Source: Paracoccus sp. (in: a-proteobacteria) (lineage in GTDB: Bacteria > Pseudomonadota > Alphaproteobacteria > Rhodobacterales > Rhodobacteraceae). From it: a stretch of DNA of 64,000 bases. The notes below the pieces were generated by a model. It saw nothing but the letters and a program-made list of their open reading frames with translations, ran no database searches and was not told the DNA's origin. The DNA lies in contig NZ_JBKEBL010000027.1 in NCBI RefSeq assembly GCF_047973135.1, forward strand, positions 10,071 through 74,070. The letters are read 5' to 3'. The number at the start of each line of letters is the position of its first letter. Position 1 is the first letter of the stretch. Both the position numbers and the translations under genes were made by a program. Positions 62,096-64,000 of the stretch are shown here, piece after piece.

Positions 62096-63253
62096 CTAGG
62101 CGACGGATTTGCATGACAGCTGCATCATCTGGCCGAAACCGTTGAAGCGGGTATTGGTCACGGTGGAATAGGCCCCCGCGCCGTGAAAGATCACGTAATC
62201 CCCTTCCTGCAGATCGGCGGGCAGGGGGATCTCTCCGGGCAGCCGGTCGAGGGAATCGCAGGTCGGACCAAAGACCTCGCGCGGGATATCCGGGCGTTTG
62301 CGGTGCAGCCCCTCGGGGGTCAGGACCTCGACCCGGCCCAGATTGCCGATCTGGGGAAATTCGGTCAGCCCGCCATAGACGCCATCATTCAGAAACACAT
62401 GTGCGCCGTCGCGGATCGCCTTGACACGGGTGATCAGGGCAAAGGCATCGGCGCATAGCCCGCGCCCCGGCTCGCAGACCAGTTCCGGGTGATCCGCGCC
62501 GAATGCCGCCACCGTCGCGCGCTTGATCGCGGCAAAGATGGATTCCAGATCCGGCGCGCCATCCGCATTGCGATGCGAGGGAAAGCCGCCGCCGACATTC
62601 AGCCGCTTGGCCCTGACCCCGGCCATGGTGCAGATCCGGGCGGCCATTTCGATATAGCTTTCCCATGCGCGCGGGTCGGTGCATTGCGTGCCGGGATGGA
62701 AGGTCAGCGAGGGGATATAGCCGCGATCCGCGCTGGCGCGCAGAAGCTCGGCCGCAAGTTCCGGCGTCGCCCCGAATTTCGAGCCGAAATCATAGGCCGC
62801 GCCGCGCACCGGCAGTTTGAACCGGGCCGAGATCTCGCAATCCTTGGGCGATACCAGTTCGCAAAGCTTGGCCAGTTCGGAATGGCTGTCCACCGACCAT
62901 GCCCTGACACCCGCGGCATCGGCATGGGCGATCTCGGCACGCGCGCGGACGGGATTGTGGTAATGCCGCGCGGCCTTGGGCGCGATGCGTGAAATCAGGT
63001 CGATCTCATCGGGCGAGGCGACATCAAAGCCGGTGATGCCCGCGCGGTGCAGAACCCGGATCACCCGCGTGTCGGGATTGGCCTTGACCGCATAGGTGAC
63101 CAGCCCCGGAAAGCCGTCGATGAAGCGCCGGGCATTCGCCCACAGGGCCGCGGGATCAAAGACCATGACCGGATTATCGGGCGCGAGCGCACGGATGATC
63201 TCGGCGGGGTTGGTCCAGATTCGCTTGGGGCCGCGGCCCTCAGTCAGTCCCAT
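62096..63253 (-). CDS. Fold-type III PLP decarboxylase (ornithine/lysine decarboxylase-like)
   Basis: YAVKAN, FDVAS, KFGA, NVGGGF, EPGR, GPTCDS, GAY; start chosen by GGAGG spacing. Confidence 0.9.
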   Translation of the reverse strand: MGLTEGRGPKRIWTNPAEIIRALAPDNPVMVFDPAALWANARRFIDGFPGLVTYAVKANPDTRVIRVLHRAGITGFDVASPDEIDLISRIAPKAARHYHNPVRARAEIAHADAAGVRAWSVDSHSELAKLCELVSPKDCEISARFKLPVRGAAYDFGSKFGATPELAAELLRASADRGYIPSLTFHPGTQCTDPRAWESYIEMAARICTMAGVRAKRLNVGGGFPSHRNADGAPDLESIFAAIKRATVAAFGADHPELVCEPGRGLCADAFALITRVKAIRDGAHVFLNDGVYGGLTEFPQIGNLGRVEVLTPEGLHRKRPDIPREVFGPTCDSLDRLPGEIPLPADLQEGDYVIFHGAGAYSTVTNTRFNGFGQMMQLSCKSVA

Positions 63254-63399
63254 GGGCATATTCCTCCGATAGTTTGTGATCATTCTCCCTGTTTTCAGTC
63301 TGCGCCCGGTCGCCGCCATTTGGACCGATTATTCAGGTGGAATCGTCGGAATTATTAGCTAAATTAACGAAACTGATGGCAATATGTCTGGAGAGGGGC

Positions 63400-63831
63400 A
63401 TGGACGAACTGGACCGGGGCATTCTGGCCCATCTTGCGCAGGACGCGCGGCAATCCGTGGCGGTGCTGGCAAGGCGGCTCAAGGTCGCGCGCTCGACCGT
63501 GCAGGCGCGGCTTGAGCGGCTGGAAACCACGGGGGCGATTGCGGGCTATACGCTGCGACTGGGCGATGCCGCGCGGGAAAACCGCATTCGCGCGACCTGT
63601 CTTCTGAACATCGAGCCCCGCGCGCAGGCGGCGATTCTGGCGCGGCTGCGCAGCCTGCCCGAGGTCGAGCGCATCCACACGACCAGCGGGCGCGTCGATC
63701 TTTTGCTGCAACTGGCCGCCACATCGACCAGCCAGCTTGACGATGTGCTGGATCAGATCGGCAGTCTGACCGGGGTCAAATCCAGCGAAAGCCTGATCCA
63801 CCTGTCGACCAAGATGGATCGCGCGACCTAG
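63400..63831 (+). CDS. Lrp/AsnC family regulator
   Basis: MDELDRGIL.HL.QDAR...STVQARLERLE..GAIAGY. Confidence 0.93.
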   Translation: MDELDRGILAHLAQDARQSVAVLARRLKVARSTVQARLERLETTGAIAGYTLRLGDAARENRIRATCLLNIEPRAQAAILARLRSLPEVERIHTTSGRVDLLLQLAATSTSQLDDVLDQIGSLTGVKSSESLIHLSTKMDRAT

Positions 63832-64000
63832 CCCTGTGCCGGGCGCAGCAGGGTGACCACGGTATCGCCATATTTGCGCTGGTCGATCCGCTCCAGCCCG
63901 GCGACCGGGGCGGGCGGGGTCGATTCCTCCCAGACGATCATGGCCTGTGGCGCAATCCAGCCCCCCGCCAGCGCCGAGGCCAGCGCGATCTCGCCCAGAG
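63828..64000 (-). CDS. rsmD: 16S rRNA m2G966 methyltransferase (3' end; runs off window)
   Basis: Hand translation LGEIALASALAGGWIAPQAMIVWEE...DQRKYGDTVVTLLR matches the RsmD C-terminus. Confidence 0.75.
   Translation of the reverse strand, partial: LGEIALASALAGGWIAPQAMIVWEESTPPAPVAGLERIDQRKYGDTVVTLLRPAQG

Overview
High-GC alphaproteobacterial chromosome segment. Gene content and order look like Rhodobacteraceae, probably Paracoccus-like (inference). Core genes flank the window. The left flank holds a quinone oxidoreductase fragment, an XRE regulator, hisN, mgtE, 5-FTHF cyclo-ligase and nrdJ. The right flank runs tRNA-Met, LOG, dapD, MltB-like, rppH-ctpA-envC-gpmI, rlmN, xerC, fsa, priA, an Mla/MCE ABC system, metR/metF, an ornithine-decarboxylase-like gene, Lrp and an rsmD fragment. 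Between nrdJ and tRNA-Met lies a ~29.5 kb accessory-looking block with five modules: (1) an IclR-controlled acid-sugar-type catabolic operon; (2) a SWIM-SNF2 helicase; (3) a low-GC orphan hybrid histidine kinase; (4) a MarR-controlled operon of an isatin-hydrolase-like cyclase, two paralogous CrtI-like flavoproteins, IorAB and an ABC importer, which is the best candidate for an undescribed N-heteroaromatic catabolic pathway; (5) an HpaR-like MarR, amidohydrolase and TRAP module. Non-coding highlights are a structured, potentially bistable nrdJ leader with an NrdR box and phased DnaA-like boxes, and a dispersed REP-like repeat family. I saw no CRISPR array, rRNA, transposase or prophage. All functional calls come from motif recognition by eye, not from database searches.
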